This document shows, one piece after another, positions 12,621 to 25,929 of a stretch of DNA of 64,000 nucleotides. Position numbers and translations under genes: made by a program. Position 1 is the stretch's first letter, and each line of letters begins with the position of its first letter. The DNA comes from Yuukianura sp. NJ FZ-2021 (lineage: Eukaryota), in assembly GCA_046563655.1 (NCBI GenBank), contig CM102283.1, positions 5,580,001-5,644,000 on the forward strand. Direction: 5' to 3'. Under the pieces are notes generated by a model. It saw only the letters and a program-made list of their open reading frames with translations. It ran no database searches and was not told the origin of the DNA.

Positions 12621-15246
12621 CTGAAATAATAAAAATAAATTGTATTTAATTGAATTAAATGTAATAAAATATATTTAATGTTGTAGCTAATTTTTCAGTC
12701 CTCTTAAACTCGAATTCTGATTAGACCGGGTTCGAGGCGGAGCCCCAGCAAGAGTGCGAAGCAGTCTGGTCATTTCAAACGTAATGAAATAAAATTTTGA
12801 AAACATTAGAATTTTCAATGTTTAAAATTGATTTCACAGTGATCACCTTAACTAAACATGTCCAAGTGAGTCCTGAATCAACTTTTGCACTTCAATTAGA
12901 TTCTGGACTCGTGTGTCCAGCGTCCTGGACGGCGTGCTACTAACGTGTTATCCAAAGAAGAGCCGAAAAACGGGTGGAGTCTGTTTGACATTTTATTGTG
13001 TGATTCTTCAAAGTAAACAAAAGGAGAAGCCTTATTTAAACAGACGGAAAACGCGAAAAGTTCATCAAAACACGAAAGCTTTTATGGTTACTTTGCTTCT
13101 CACATGAATCTAGGAATCCAGGAAAAGTCAAAGTCAGATTCATCACAACACTTGGCTCCAACTTGAATCACTTTCGCCCACTTTCCACATTTTTCTAGCT
13201 TAGTTTTTAAAATTCAAAACGAAAAAAAATTCTGTATCTACAACCTGCAGAGTTTTATTCCTGAACCATTTGAGTTTTTTCCCCACATTATGTCATCCGT
13301 AGAGTGGGTGATACTTAAAATTTGTAACGGAAGTAGAAGCTGCAGAATACGGTAACAGGTTCCATGCCATTCGTCATGCCAAATGAAATCGTTCAAACAG
13401 ATTTGGCTCATATACGAAAGGTTCAAATACAATTTACTCCAAATATAAAATTCCTTCAAAAGTGAATTCGTTCAACAATAAAAACCAATTTAAATTAACC
13501 GAATCTAATAATTTGAAAGCACTTTCGAAATTAAACCAAGGTGAACCAATTGTTTTTAGACATTTTCAATCGAGCAAATTCTGTTTAAACCATTGGCGTG
13601 CTTTCGGCCAACCTTAGCTCAACTCAACCGAAAAGCCCTCACTTAAGCTAAGTTTGTTTGTTAAACACCCCCCAAACCGGGCGTTTTGGTGTGTTCTTGG
13701 GTGACGTAATGTGTGAACTAACCCGGCCAACCAGTGGGTGACTAACTTATGAGTTGACATAATGACTAACCTGATAAGACGAGAGACAGCCGAAGAGCCC
13801 TAGACTTGACCTTGACCTGTCCAGCTGGTGGAGGCTCTTTTCGTTGATGCAGTACTGTTCCTTGAAGTCCTCACGCGAGTACTTGCCAGGATTCTTGTTG
13901 AGTCTCCTCTTCATGATGTACTCGTCGTCACTGCCATAGCCATAAGAGTAGGCCGTGTACATTGTGGCTCAGCAGTGGGATAAAAATAGAGCCCGGGAGA
14001 CTACCCGGGTTTCCTCAGCCCTCCGCCATGGTCCACCCAGCCAAGAGTGCGGAGACCTCATCCGAACTGGAGACACGGAATGGGAAAAGGGTGAGGCTCA
14101 ACTGAAGGATCCGAACCTCCAGCACAGACTACATTCGGAGGCAGGCAACGCAACCGCCGCAGCCTCCGCTTTTCCCTGGATCACACTCCAGCCAAATCCT
14201 GGAACACTCCAGCAAAAACATAACCTGGAAGGAGCCCAACTTCAACTGCCCCACTGCTCCCCATTCACTTCCAGGAGACAAGGAGCCACCAATTCCAGGG
14301 CATTGACCCCCTCCAGCAGCTCCCCCGGTCAGCAGGGGGACCATTTCCAGTCAATGCATAATCCATGTCCACAAGATCTGGAAGGTTGGTTCCAGGTACA
14401 ATCCATTGGTTAGGTTTAGTTTAGGTTTGGTTAGATCTAACCTACCCGAGTAGGTGTGCTTTTGAAAGTACTAAAAAGTGAATGGTTTTCTCCACTTTTT
14501 GTTGGAAGGTGTACAGAAAGCCTTCTTTTCGCTTCCTTTGATCTTCTCCCAGACTCCTTAACGATGCGTCTGGAATATCGATCTTCTCCTTCGGCGACTC
14601 CACAACTTTCCCCCTCTCAGGATTCGAACCCGCAGCCACCCAGAAAGTGTAGCCAGAAAGAGCAGCCCAGGAAAGCAAACTAATTAAAACTTAATGCTAA
14701 TCGGACCAAGACGGTGAGACTCAAGACGGTCTGTGTCTCATAACAAAAATGTCCCAAGCGGAAAATTAACTTTCAACGGCCCAACTTCTCAAAGACAAAA
14801 CTTTGTCTTCAAAGTCGCTTTCAGTTTTGATGAGTGGAAAGGAGAAAAAGATTCTTCAAATGGACAAATTGACACAAAAGTTTGACGATTGACTAAAACA
14901 TGACAGACGAAGTTGACCTTTGACAAGAAATTTGAGGCGACATGGATGAATGTGACCTTGCCACGATGAAAACTCGAATCTAAGAAACAATCTAGGAAGA
15001 ATTTGACAACAGCAGGTGAAAGTTGTTTTTGTGTGTTAAAAACTTTCAGGCCTTTTCACCACTCTTCCTTTCTCTTCTGTCAACGTCAAAGGAGGAAAGT
15101 TTGTGACGTCTAATCGATCACATGCTTCTACCAGTTTTTCTTTAACAGTTTTTTCTCCACTTCAGAAGAAAGTAAACTTTTCCAAAAAATTCAGCTCTTA
15201 ATTTTCTTATTCAATTTGATCATCTCAAGATCTCAAGCTATCACCA

Positions 15247-15620
15247 TTTTAATAAAGAGCGAGAGCTACTTGACAGTTTTACTCGTGTCAGTCTGTCTGT
15301 CTGTTTCTTATTTCATAAACTGTAACGTTGCTGGACAAGTTTTCAACAGTTCCACTCTTAATCGTCTTATATATCTCTGTACTGAATTCGTCAAGAACGC
15401 CAGGTCAAAGGTCAAGTTCAAAATTTCTTCTTCTGCAAAACACCGCTAGTACAACCTATTTAATTCCTTCAAAAATTGTTCATTTCTGACACTGCACTGG
15501 TAGCAATAAATTTTGTGTTTGGAGCCTTTTGACCTTTGACCTCCAGTTTTTCTAATTGTAGAGGTTGCGATAATGAAAGCTGTCGCTACTTCTCGAATGA
15601 TTCTTATAGCCATTTTTTCT
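15247..15620. repeat. Possible non-autonomous Helitron/DINE-1-like interspersed repeat fragment
   Basis: GTCT microsatellite (~15290-15304) plus opposed ggtcaaaggtca / tgacctttgacc motifs. Ends not defined. Confidence 0.25.
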
Positions 15621-16158
15621 TTGTTTTTTTTTGTCACGAACACGATTCCCTCAGTTTTTTTTTAAATTAAGTTAAGATTAGACATGCTTCATCACAACTT
15701 ATTTGTTCAGCCCCGCAAAATTCAAAATGAGAAGAATTGACAAGAATGGAAAACGAAAAATCATAAAAAGAAAGAAGCCATAGTAAAGAGGAAATGAAAA
15801 GATGAGATGCTTGACAGTATGGAACTGCGGGTGTGTGACATGAGTATCTTTTTAGTACTACGTGATATGTTTGGCGTAGCGTGTCAATGACCTTGTTTGA
15901 CCCGGAACAAAGGAGTTTGTGAGTCCATTGTGGCGGGGTAATTTAAACCTGAAAAAGTGGGTCTGCACCGCGTTATTGCTATAAATAACCGCCTTTTCCC
16001 CACGGTTAAAGTAGAGAATAAAAAAGAAGAGATGAATAGGAAATGTGTGTCAGTAGGATGCTCTGCACAACGGGATGTCATTTTGAATTCAGCCGCTGCA
16101 GTCTATAAAAATTCAATTAATCAGACATCCTCTTTAAAAAATAAACGTCTCAAGTGTC

Positions 16159-16196
16159 TATAAAAGGCTCCGTCCCACACACAGATCATCTTCAGT
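16159..16196 (+). promoter_or_regulatory. TATA box + initiator-like motif of the small secreted-peptide gene
   Basis: TATAAAAG at 16159 and TCA/TCAGT about 29-35 nt downstream; ATG at 16219. Confidence 0.55.
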
Positions 16197-16218
16197 ATCC
16201 AAGGAGACACTTCCAGAA

Positions 16219-16663
16219 ATGAACGCAACGACTCTCCTTACTGCCTGTCTCTTACTCATCGTGGCCCTTGGCCTCTCCCAAGCATTTCAACCATCTCCGG
16301 AACCAAACAAAGGTAAGCCCACCTACTGCTGTTTTTAAATTTCAAATTTTCCCGCTTCTTTTTCAATTTTCAAATTTCCCGCCCCATTTATACTAAACTT
16401 GTGTGGTCTTTATTTCAGTTCTGGACTTAAGCCACATTCCCACGGTGCCGAGAGAAACCCACGCTCGGTCGATCAATCTATCGTTTTTCGTGCCGGCGTT
16501 CAGTTTGTTTGCACTTGCGTCTCAATTTATGCCTCAAATGTTTCCAACGCTAACGACTACGACGACTTCCAGAAACGCTAGGACGAGGAGAGGCACTGGA
16601 GAGGTCAATGACCCTGCGCCTGATTGGCTTGAAACGGCCATTTCAAATGGCTTGCTCTGGTGA
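16219..16663 (+). CDS. Orphan 112-aa secreted prepropeptide (exons 16219-16312, 16419-16663)
   Basis: Signal peptide MNATTLLTACLLLIVALGLSQA, strong AG|GTAAGC donor and TTTCAG acceptor in phase 1, RTRR furin-type site, upstream TATA/Inr. Confidence 0.7.
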
Positions 16664-19439
16664 CCTCGCGGGCATTCCGAACTAATAACTTATTCAAACG
16701 TTCTTCCTTTACAAAGCTCATTTTTAGTAGTATTTTACGCACTAAAGTAGCCTTAGTTATCGTTTTTTTTACTTTGACAGGATATTAAACTGAATTATTT
16801 TTTATACATTGATTTATTTTTACATATATTTTTATACCTCGCAAAAATTTCACGCCGCCAGAAATCTAATTTGTGAAAAAAAAATTTAAACCGCGAAGGA
16901 GTTTTTTTTAACTTTGTGCCTAAACTTTATTTTGCCAGAAACTCAATTTGAGAGGGGAAAAAAGTTTCAAGCGCTAACGACAAAAAAAGTTCTGAATTTA
17001 AACGGTTTAGAAAGTAACTTTTGTTTTCAAACTCGACATAATTAAAGTTTTGTAGTAGTAAATGATATGTTTGATTCGTTTTTGCATTGGAAATGTTTTT
17101 ACAGATCGAAAAAAATGAGTTGCTAGCAAAATGGCACGCTTTGGTTTTCATTTCTGCAAAACGGTGCGATTTTTTTCTTTGTTCAACTTAGATTTTTTTT
17201 TTCTGCAGCATGTTAACAAGTAACCAATTACAAAAAAAAATCAAGAAAATGGTTCAACATCATAAAAAAGACTTGTTTTGAGCTTAGCTTTTTTGGTGCT
17301 TCAAAAGAAATTTGTAATTTGGTGCAACGTGCAAGTAATTTGAGCCAAATTTTTACAGCTTTTTACACACTATGCATTAACTCGTGCTAATGGTTTACCT
17401 GATGTCTACAACACTTTAGTTCCAGTCTGAATTGGTTTGAATAGAACTGAATTTGTAGAATTTCCTTTTAAGGGTACCCATGACTAAGGGGGTACTCGGC
17501 AGGGGAGTTTAAGATGGAAATTGAAATGAAGTCATTGAAGTTTTTAGTGTTGGATTTGTACATTGTTGTTAAGGGCTGGAGATGACAAGGATTGTACTTT
17601 TGTTAAGGGCTCCTTTTCCTAGTGCCTTGAGGGTAAGGACCCTTAAAGTGTTTGAGATTGGTTATTTTGGAGAGTAATCCAGCATATCCTAGCCCTTAAG
17701 TGGCCTTTGGATCAGTCGTCGGCGTTTTCCCAAAAGGAAAACAATGGGAACTGTGCTGACATGGAGCCCTTTGCTTTCTGTTCTTGGAAGTGCCCTCGAG
17801 GTGTTTGACTTAAACCAGAAACTGGATGCAAAAATGCATTCTCGAAGGAAACCAAGCATAAAACTAAACTTGGTCTACCTTCGAAAAGTATAGGGGGGAC
17901 TTCAAAGGACTACTTTTGGTAACAAAGGACTCGTCTAAGGGTCACTGCATTCCAGGTATGCAAGTTACATGCCTTGGATGCAACCTTCGACTACTTTTCA
18001 ATCCACTTCTTGACAAGATTCGAAATTCCAGCAATAGTTGGATCCCAAATACAGTTGTTGTTCACTAAATCCATAAAAGGCGACATCAACAAATTCATGG
18101 AGGGCACTAAAATAATATAATTGAAAAAATAAAATAATAAAATAAGTATAATAAATATAAAACAAAATTCGACACCAAGTAACAAAAAATGTTGTATTTT
18201 TTCGTTTTTTTTTTGTTTTGTACCTAGTAGTAATTTGTCAACTTTTTCATTTTTCATTTCAATTTCTGTGGCCGTCCAGAGGAATTCCTGACACTTCAAA
18301 ATCCGAAAAATCTCTTTTGAAATAAATTGTTGAAAATGAACGATAGAATTTCCTTTTGGAACGAGACAATTTCCTCTCTTTTTTCTTTTGACTCAATTTT
18401 TTTTTTGAAAGTTCGGATTTCATTCATTCAAAAAAATTGACTTCCGAATGTGACTTGCATCCTTTCAGGGAGATCATGAAATCATGATTTCATTTTCTAT
18501 TTTTGGAGCATTGACAAGATTTGAAATTTAACCGAGCAGAACAGGAATGCGAGGACTTAGGTAGGATCAACAAAATACATACGGAAATAAGAGATAAAAT
18601 TAATCCCGCACTTTGAATCTTATCTTTAGGTATTTTTTGAAACTGTGTCAAGGAAAAAATGCATTCCAATTGTTTAACTGACTGATCAAAATTAATTATT
18701 ACTGTTTTGTGTTAATAATTATTAACGTCTTTCTTGCGTTTCGGGTAAAACACGTTTGTACAAGAAAAAACAACACAAAAAACGGGTTTTTGGAAGAAAA
18801 ATTTTTGTGGGATGAAGTAAACTCCGCTTTGACAGGATGATTGCCTCTGCCAGACAACAAAGTAAGAAGAGCGTGAGAAATTATCCAGGTTGTTGGAATT
18901 CCTTAGCAGATTAATCCCTTTGTCTCGTAAAAGAATGGAAGTAGCTTAACACTAAAACACTCCAGCGGAGAATGTCGGTGGTGGTTGCATATTGGAATTT
19001 GGAAGTTGAGCCAACATCTCGTGGGCAATTGGACACGACTAAAAGAGGGGACCCTTGAAGGCCCTTAAGGAATGTGCACAAAAAGTGGGATGTCGACCGC
19101 ACAAGGTGTTCCCAGTCCACGATTTCTTCATTCTTCACCAACTTAAAACCAAAAGGTGCTTCACATTCCTTAGGTTCCTCATCAAACCTAAGAATAAAGG
19201 GCCCTCGACGTGCAGGAGACGATCGCAGAAGCCTTCAAACAACAAAGGGCTCTCTCCGCACCTTCTATTCATTCATTCCTACACTGAACTTCAAACACGA
19301 ACGTGGCACGAACTTGGTGTATTCCCTTGTGGTTCTACAAATTAAAAACAACAACAACCTCAATTAGCTTGGTTTTTGAAAAAAGTGGCTAAACATTTTC
19401 AAAAAAAGTGGTTTCGACTTTTGAGTTTTGGAGAATACG

Positions 19440-19745
19440 TGATTGTTCGCGCTGAAAACGTTATAAACGTTATAAAAACGTAAAAGCGACGTTGAGAAAA
19501 CGTTGTAGCGACAACTACAAAAAGCTCGAAAGCGTTGAAAAACGTTTTTGAGCGACATTACAAAAACCACGTTTGTGCCGAAAACGTTTGAGCGACGTTG
19601 CAAAAACGTGAGCGCCGAAAAACGTTTGAGCGACGTTACAAGAACCACGTGAGTGGTCAAAAACGGTTGAGCGGTGGAACGGAAAACGCTCGAACCGCAT
19701 CGCAAAAACGTTGGAACGACGTTTTGAAACAACATTCGCGCCGTT
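19440..19745. repeat. Degenerate tandem array of AAAACGTT / GAGCGACGTT motifs (probable transposon interior)
   Basis: Many imperfect copies of aaaacgtt, aaaacg and gagcgacgtt within about 300 bp. Confidence 0.55.
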
Positions 19746-20283
19746 TTACGTGATTGGTGGAATTCGTGGAATGACGTATGTTTTGTTGGCATTCCCGAGG
19801 GCTTTGTTCTGAAGAAAAGTGTCATTCGCCTTATCACGTTGGTTGCCACTGATAGGCCGTTGATTGTCGCCTAGGAAAGTGGAAACTGGACTTGTGCAGA
19901 TACAGTGCCAAAAAATCTGCAAGTTGAGTCCACTTCCGAGGTGTGACTTCACCCATCATCACCAGCAGGATACTTCTGAATCTGTGCAAAAGTGATACCT
20001 TGAATTGGACTTTCTGGAAGATCCTGTCCCTACTGGGATTAGTTACTGTGTTGACTGTTGTGAAATGGCGTGAAGAGGCCTGTTACACACAAGAACGGTG
20101 TGCACAAGTGCTTTTGTAAGTTAATTTTTGCATAATTGAAGCCTAAAAGAACAAGGGAGGAGGGGAGGAGTTGGATTTGGACCGGAGCCACGGGGATCCG
20201 CAAAAAGTGGGGACAGAGACACAGACAGACGAAAGTGGAGGTTGTTTAGTGCCAATTCCAAAGTGGGATCAGTCACTCGCAAA

Positions 20284-23200
20284 ATGTTGACCTTGTTGGA
20301 CCTCTTCACTTTGCTACTCCTCGCACCCACCACCCACTTCCCCCACTTGACACAAGGTGCCTCCTCAACTGACCCCTGCAGGGAGGCCAGGACCCTTGAA
20401 CCCATCATCACAGTCGGACTTATTCACGAAACGGGTACGTAACTACGCTTTGCCACTCTTCACACTTCAAACACCTAAAGTGACTTTACTGTGTGTGTTT
20501 AGGGTTAAAGTGCGGTTTTTAGGGTTCACGGGTTGCTACCTGCAGGTTGCAGGTTGCAATTTTCCAATGTTCAGGTTCAGGTTCAGTTGGAATTCTTAAG
20601 TGCTCCTTTGGTTGCAGTTTTTAATGTTCCGGTTGCAATTTTTTTGAGGAAAGGTTTGAGGGTTAATAGTTGCGATAGGGTTCCAGTGCGGGTTTTAGGG
20701 TTAATGGGTTGCAGTTTCCAGGGTTAGTTCCAGCGTTTAGGTTCAGTTGCACGCTGCAACTTGCAGTTTTTAAGTGCTTGAGTTGCAGTTTTTATTGGAG
20801 TTCCTGTTGCAAATTTTATTGTTCACGGAGTTTATAGCTGCAGATTTGAGGGTTAATGGGGGTTGCAGTAAGATTAGCCTATAAGATGTGTACCCAAATC
20901 TTGGGTGCAGTTCATGGAAAAGGGTACATGTGGAATGGAAGGTGAAATGACGAGAGAAGGTGAAAGAGATTTCTGCCCACTCAAAGATTTACAGGGAATT
21001 TTCGCAAAAATTAAAGCTCTCTCCAAGTGTATCATTGTCGTCATTCCTCTTTGTTTGCAAAAGTTGACATCAGAAGTTAACATTCATGACATAGGAATTC
21101 CTAGACACAGACTAAACTTTCCACCTCGTTTGTTAACCCACTTGGACACAATTAGAATCATGTTCCTGGAAGCGTCTTTCTTCACCTCTGTTCTTGTTCT
21201 TTCAATAGTGGAGAACAATACACCCGTTTAGTAGTTCATTGTACAAACTATCCGGAACAATATGCACAGCACATTTTGACATTTCAGCAGTCAGTTTATA
21301 ACTTTTTAATTTAGCGTGGAGAACTTTAAAAGTTCTGGTCCATCGTGTTGAAGAATGCATCCAGGATTAGTAATCCCAGATTAGTTCTGCAGTCATCCAG
21401 AAAAGACGTAACAGAATTACGAAAATCCCCAAACTGTTGTGCAACTGGGGTTAACCAATTGAGTCATTCAAATTTCAGCGCCTGCGCAGTACTTTTAAGC
21501 AAAGAACTTTATTTTTGTTTGACATTCCATGTCACTTGGAGATTTTGAAGATCATAATTTGTTTACGCAATTGAATTTCAGGTGGGTTCTGCCCTACGAC
21601 GCCCACTTCATCGAAACAGTGCTGTTCAGCAAACGCCTGGACGACGCTTTTTCCGCAGTCATGGACACGCCTAGCCAATGTCTTCAATACCAAATTAGTC
21701 AGCATGGAAGTCGGACTGCGCAGGGGCATGGAAGAGGTCAAAGGTAAAGACTTTGTGTTCTACTTGAGTCTAGGAGTGTCATGTACGGAAACTTATGTAC
21801 AGCCATATTATGATTGGACGGAATTGTTGGACATGTTTGACCTAAAGAGCTAAACGACTAATACTTTATGAGTTTTCTTTCGTCCAGAACTTTTCAGTCC
21901 GGAAGTATCCGTCCATACGACTCCTGTTATGCAAAGATTTTAAGATTTTAATGCTAAAGACTTCTTTTTTTTTTGTCTCTAGCTCTGAACTGTCCTTCTG
22001 GATCTGCGCTCCAGGCAACGACTTTGTCCGCCCTCAGCCAATTAGGCACGAGCAAATGGATTGAGCTGCTGAACAACACGACGAGTCCCGAATGTCGCCT
22101 CAAAGTTGTTCAATCCGTCATTTGTCCCGGAACTTGTGACGTAAGTTTCAAATTCTTGGACATTCTCCGTTGTGCTGCGGAAGTTCTAAAAACAACTGAA
22201 AATAGACGCATAAGCTATTAATAGCTAAAACGTGGGCACTTAACACCTTTTGACTCACTCAGTGCCTGACTTTTTACAGCCTCCATATGCATCCTGTAAT
22301 TAATTTTGGATGCACCGCCCGCTTCTGTCTAAGCGGCGGCGCCTTCCTCCTTGTTTGCAAAAATTCATCAGTGCATCATCATCCTCATTCAGTCAAAATG
22401 GAAATTCCACTGAAAAATAAACCAAGAGTCAAAGTTTGCAAAATTTGGAAAGGCTTTTTGGGAGTTGATGCTCTTCAAATGCAAAAAACGAGTCTCCTTT
22501 TTTTCTGGATTTGGCTCCTGTTCAAACTCTACAATCTTGAGCAGGAGCCTCGTCCATATATTTGCACAAACATGTCATGCCGATCTGTTTCGTTTGAAGT
22601 AATAAAATTCAACAAATAGGGAGGTCAAAGGTCATCCCCCAACCCTCTTTTATCACTTAACAAGCACAGAAGATGATGTTGTTGACTGAAGATGAGACTA
22701 CTAGAGGACAAGAGAGTCATGTTACAGAGAGCAATTGACATTGAAAGTAGTAGTGAACAAGTGCAAAAGCGCATTAGTAATCAAGATGTGCCCAACAAGG
22801 AATAATCCAACCACTCTATGCCCAATTATGGCTCAAGTTGGTTTTAAATTAGGTCCAGCGTCACCCTTTAGTAATTCACTTGGCCCAATTTCGGTTATTG
22901 TGGCAAAGTGTCACTTAACTCAGACATAATAGCCTAACTCACTTACACTTTACACTACTAAAAATAAACAACAAGTAAAATGCGCCAAATTAACGACCAA
23001 TTGAAACCATACGCCAAAATTACATTTTTCCGTTCTCACACGTCTCAGATTTAACAAAAGTGCTTTGGTTTTTTAAACAATTTTTGCGAACTTTTAAGTA
23101 TGGTAGGAAGTCCAAGTTGCTAGAATTCTGGTAGGAACATGATTTTTAGAAACAAACTTGTTGCAAGTTTTAGCCTGGGAAGAGAATGTTTCCAATTAAA

Positions 23201-24531
23201 ATGTTGATGATGGCAATTGAATTTGACACTTTGAAGAAGTGTTATTTCAAAGTTACGTTTTATATTACGCTTTGTAGTACTTTAGTTTAAGAGGAAGTAG
23301 AAATCAACAGAGTTGAATTACCAAATCCAAGCAGTTTCGAAATGACCTGATTTTGAATTTCCTTTTTAAAATTTAATGGTTTTGTTTTTGGTTTTTTGAA
23401 CAGCCGAATATGCCGCTGAAGCTGCCATGTCGCAATCTGTGTCTGAATACGCTGAGAGGCTGCGTAAAGGATTTGGTTCCACTGGCTGTTCCGTGGAAAC
23501 GTGTCCTCGGTAGCGTCAGAACTGCAGTACGGATGTTGGCTACGCCTGTAGTAAGTGAAACTAATTAACTAAAAAATTAATTAACTATTTGATTAGTAAT
23601 TAGTAAATTGTTTTTAATAGAGTTCGCAATGTTCAAATCCGTCTGCAGTAGATTCGCTTCTACATTTATTAACGAGTTGGAGGGAGCCCTTAAGATGGCT
23701 GGATAATGGTTGTGAAGAACTTCCGCAAGAAACTTGCTACAATGGAAGGGATGTGGTATGATCAAATGTCAAAGAACTCAAAATTTAAAAAAAAGTTGTC
23801 AATTTTTTTTTTAGAAAATTTTTCATTTTAAAAAAATGACGAATTTATTGTTGTTGTTTTTTTTTTCAGTCTTTTTATACAAAAGAAGTTGCTAACTTGG
23901 ATTCTAGTTCGAATCCAGAATTTCCGTTTGCTGAGATTCCGGCAGGAGTGGCCTTGAACTCTGACGTTCAACAGTTCTTAGCGCTCATCGAATCAGTAGA
24001 TAGTGTAAGACAGATTAATCTAAAAATTAGTTAAGTTTGAAATTAATTGATGCAGTTTTATTTATAATGCCAATGTAACAATTCCAGGATTTGTCACATC
24101 ATTGGCCGAGAGCTGCAGACTCAGATACGGGGACTTCTGGACAACTGTTGTCGGATGAATTCGGTTCCGGAGATGGCGAAATTCCGTCGTCCCGACGCTT
24201 CTTTACGACGGATGACGAAGATCTGCTTGATTCGTCCGAATTCGGTTCAGGGTCAGGAGATGGGGAAGGAGAAGAAGGAGACTTCGGTAGAATTAATACC
24301 CCAGACGAAGATGATGACGATCTACTGGAATCGTCATCATCAACAGAAAGTACTGCTACACCTACCCACCAAGCACCACTGCCAGCACAACCGCCGGGCA
24401 GAGACGTCGCCCCACCACATCCACCATCAGCAGCATCAGCATTATCCGTCACAGTTAGCCTTGTTCTTCTCAGTGGTGCTACATTTCTGAGCTCAAGTTT
24501 ACCGAGGATCCTGTCTTCAAGAAGTTGGTGA
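20284..24531 (+). CDS. Glypican-like GPI-anchored proteoglycan, unusually short (~398 aa; exons 20284-20434, 21582-21743, 21983-22140, 23404-23550, 23870-24004, 24088-24531)
   Basis: Signal peptide; glypican Cys pattern C...FC...QCCS...EC...ICPGTC...PCRNLCLNTLRGC...W; acidic Ser-Gly sites (EFGSGDG, EFGSGSGDG); C-terminal hydrophobic GPI-type tail. All introns are phase-compatible. Confidence 0.8.
20495..20870. repeat. Degenerate GTTGCA / TTAGGGTT-rich low-complexity repeat in glypican intron 1
   Basis: Recurrent gttgca, ggttcag and ttagggtt units with strong G/T strand skew. Confidence 0.5.
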
Positions 24532-25929
24532 AAAACGTGTTGCTTCTAAAATCGGAAGTTGCATTTTACATAAGTCGCAGTCAGCGAAAACTTTGATGAC
24601 AAAAGTTCATTTTGTTCTAAGTTATTGATGGTGTTCAGAACGAGCAGCTTATCGTCGTAGACTATTTTGTTACTGACTTCCCCCTTATGCCCCTCCAGCA
24701 ATACATCCACAATTACCCCCTTTTTGTTCTCTGTTCGGAAATTCAACTGTGATAATTAGCTTAAGTGCTGATGTTAATAATTACGGAGTAGTTGTGTGTT
24801 TGTGGGATAAGCGATGGGATAAACAATACAATGTGCCACCAAAATACCCTTTTTAAAGGGATTTATATAGACTTTAAATGCTTCCAATACTTTTAGGTGT
24901 TTTAAAAAATGGACTGATTGTGGGAGAGATCCTAAAAGTACTTAACTCGACACATATGTTATGTCTATGTGTAATCGAAAATATACTATAATATGAATAA
25001 ATACGTTTTCAATAAATAAATTCAAAGCTTTTTAAACTTAATGCCGACAGGGGTATTTCAAAATAACTTCGAAACTCAAAAAACTGAAACTTAGAAATGG
25101 AATTCAACCCTGAAACAGCCGAAAGCACTGGACTATTTTACTATAAGAGCATTAACAATTACTTTTTTTTAGTATACTTTAGGTAGTAAATTATTAATTT
25201 ACGTTAGTTTAACAAAGATTTAACGGCGTACTCCAGGATTTCATAAGGAAAACGGAGCGTCTTCTGTGGTTTGAAGGAAAGGGAAAGTGAAGTTCCAGTC
25301 AAGCTCCAACAGAGGGCGCTTTCTCCTTCCTTTGTTCATAAGGACAGTTTATTTGTCTGAATTCATGTTATATACTAATTAATTGATCAATTTAACATTT
25401 CTCATAAATCAAATCCTAATTCCCGTAAAATAGAAGTGGAACTGGGAGAACGCTATGCAGGATTAGCAGGATATGCAGAAGTGGCTTTTGACTACCACGG
25501 ACCTCAAAGTATTTCAAAGGCAACTTTATTTCTTTTGTATTGTTTCTGAAATAGAAAATACGATAATTTTTCTAAAACAGGGTCAAAGGTCAAAGGAGGA
25601 AACGAAAAACGACGAAAGTATAGTGTTTTGCAACATCCACCCCTCCATACTTTAGTGTTTGTGTCATGTTCCCATAAGTTCTCCCATTCTGAATCTGCTT
25701 CTCCTCCCTGTTTCTTTTGCTATTTTCCATTTTACATTTACTCTGCCATAGGAAATAGTAAAGTGTGTGTACCATTGCATTGATTCGACTCGAGTTGAGG
25801 ACACAGACAGTCAAATAGTTTATGAATTCCAAAGAGTGGATCTTCGTTTGGTGAGTCGTGAGGTCAAATTAACTTCCTTCTAATTAACTTCACTGCTATT
25901 GAGATTTCAAGGGAAGTGTTTCGTTCGGG

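Noticed and set aside
13955-14413. 152-aa plus-strand ORF as a gene
   Set aside because: Non-ATG start, no motifs or splice support, and it lies in a GC-rich repeat-like block.
18900-19367. Overlapping ~96-aa ORFs as a hidden gene
   Set aside because: No ATG start, recognisable domain or consistent exon structure.
19364-19849. 161-aa ORF
   Set aside because: It is the translation of a degenerate AAAACG repeat array.
20495-20870. Interstitial telomere array
   Set aside because: TTAGG(G) copies are few and dispersed among other motifs.
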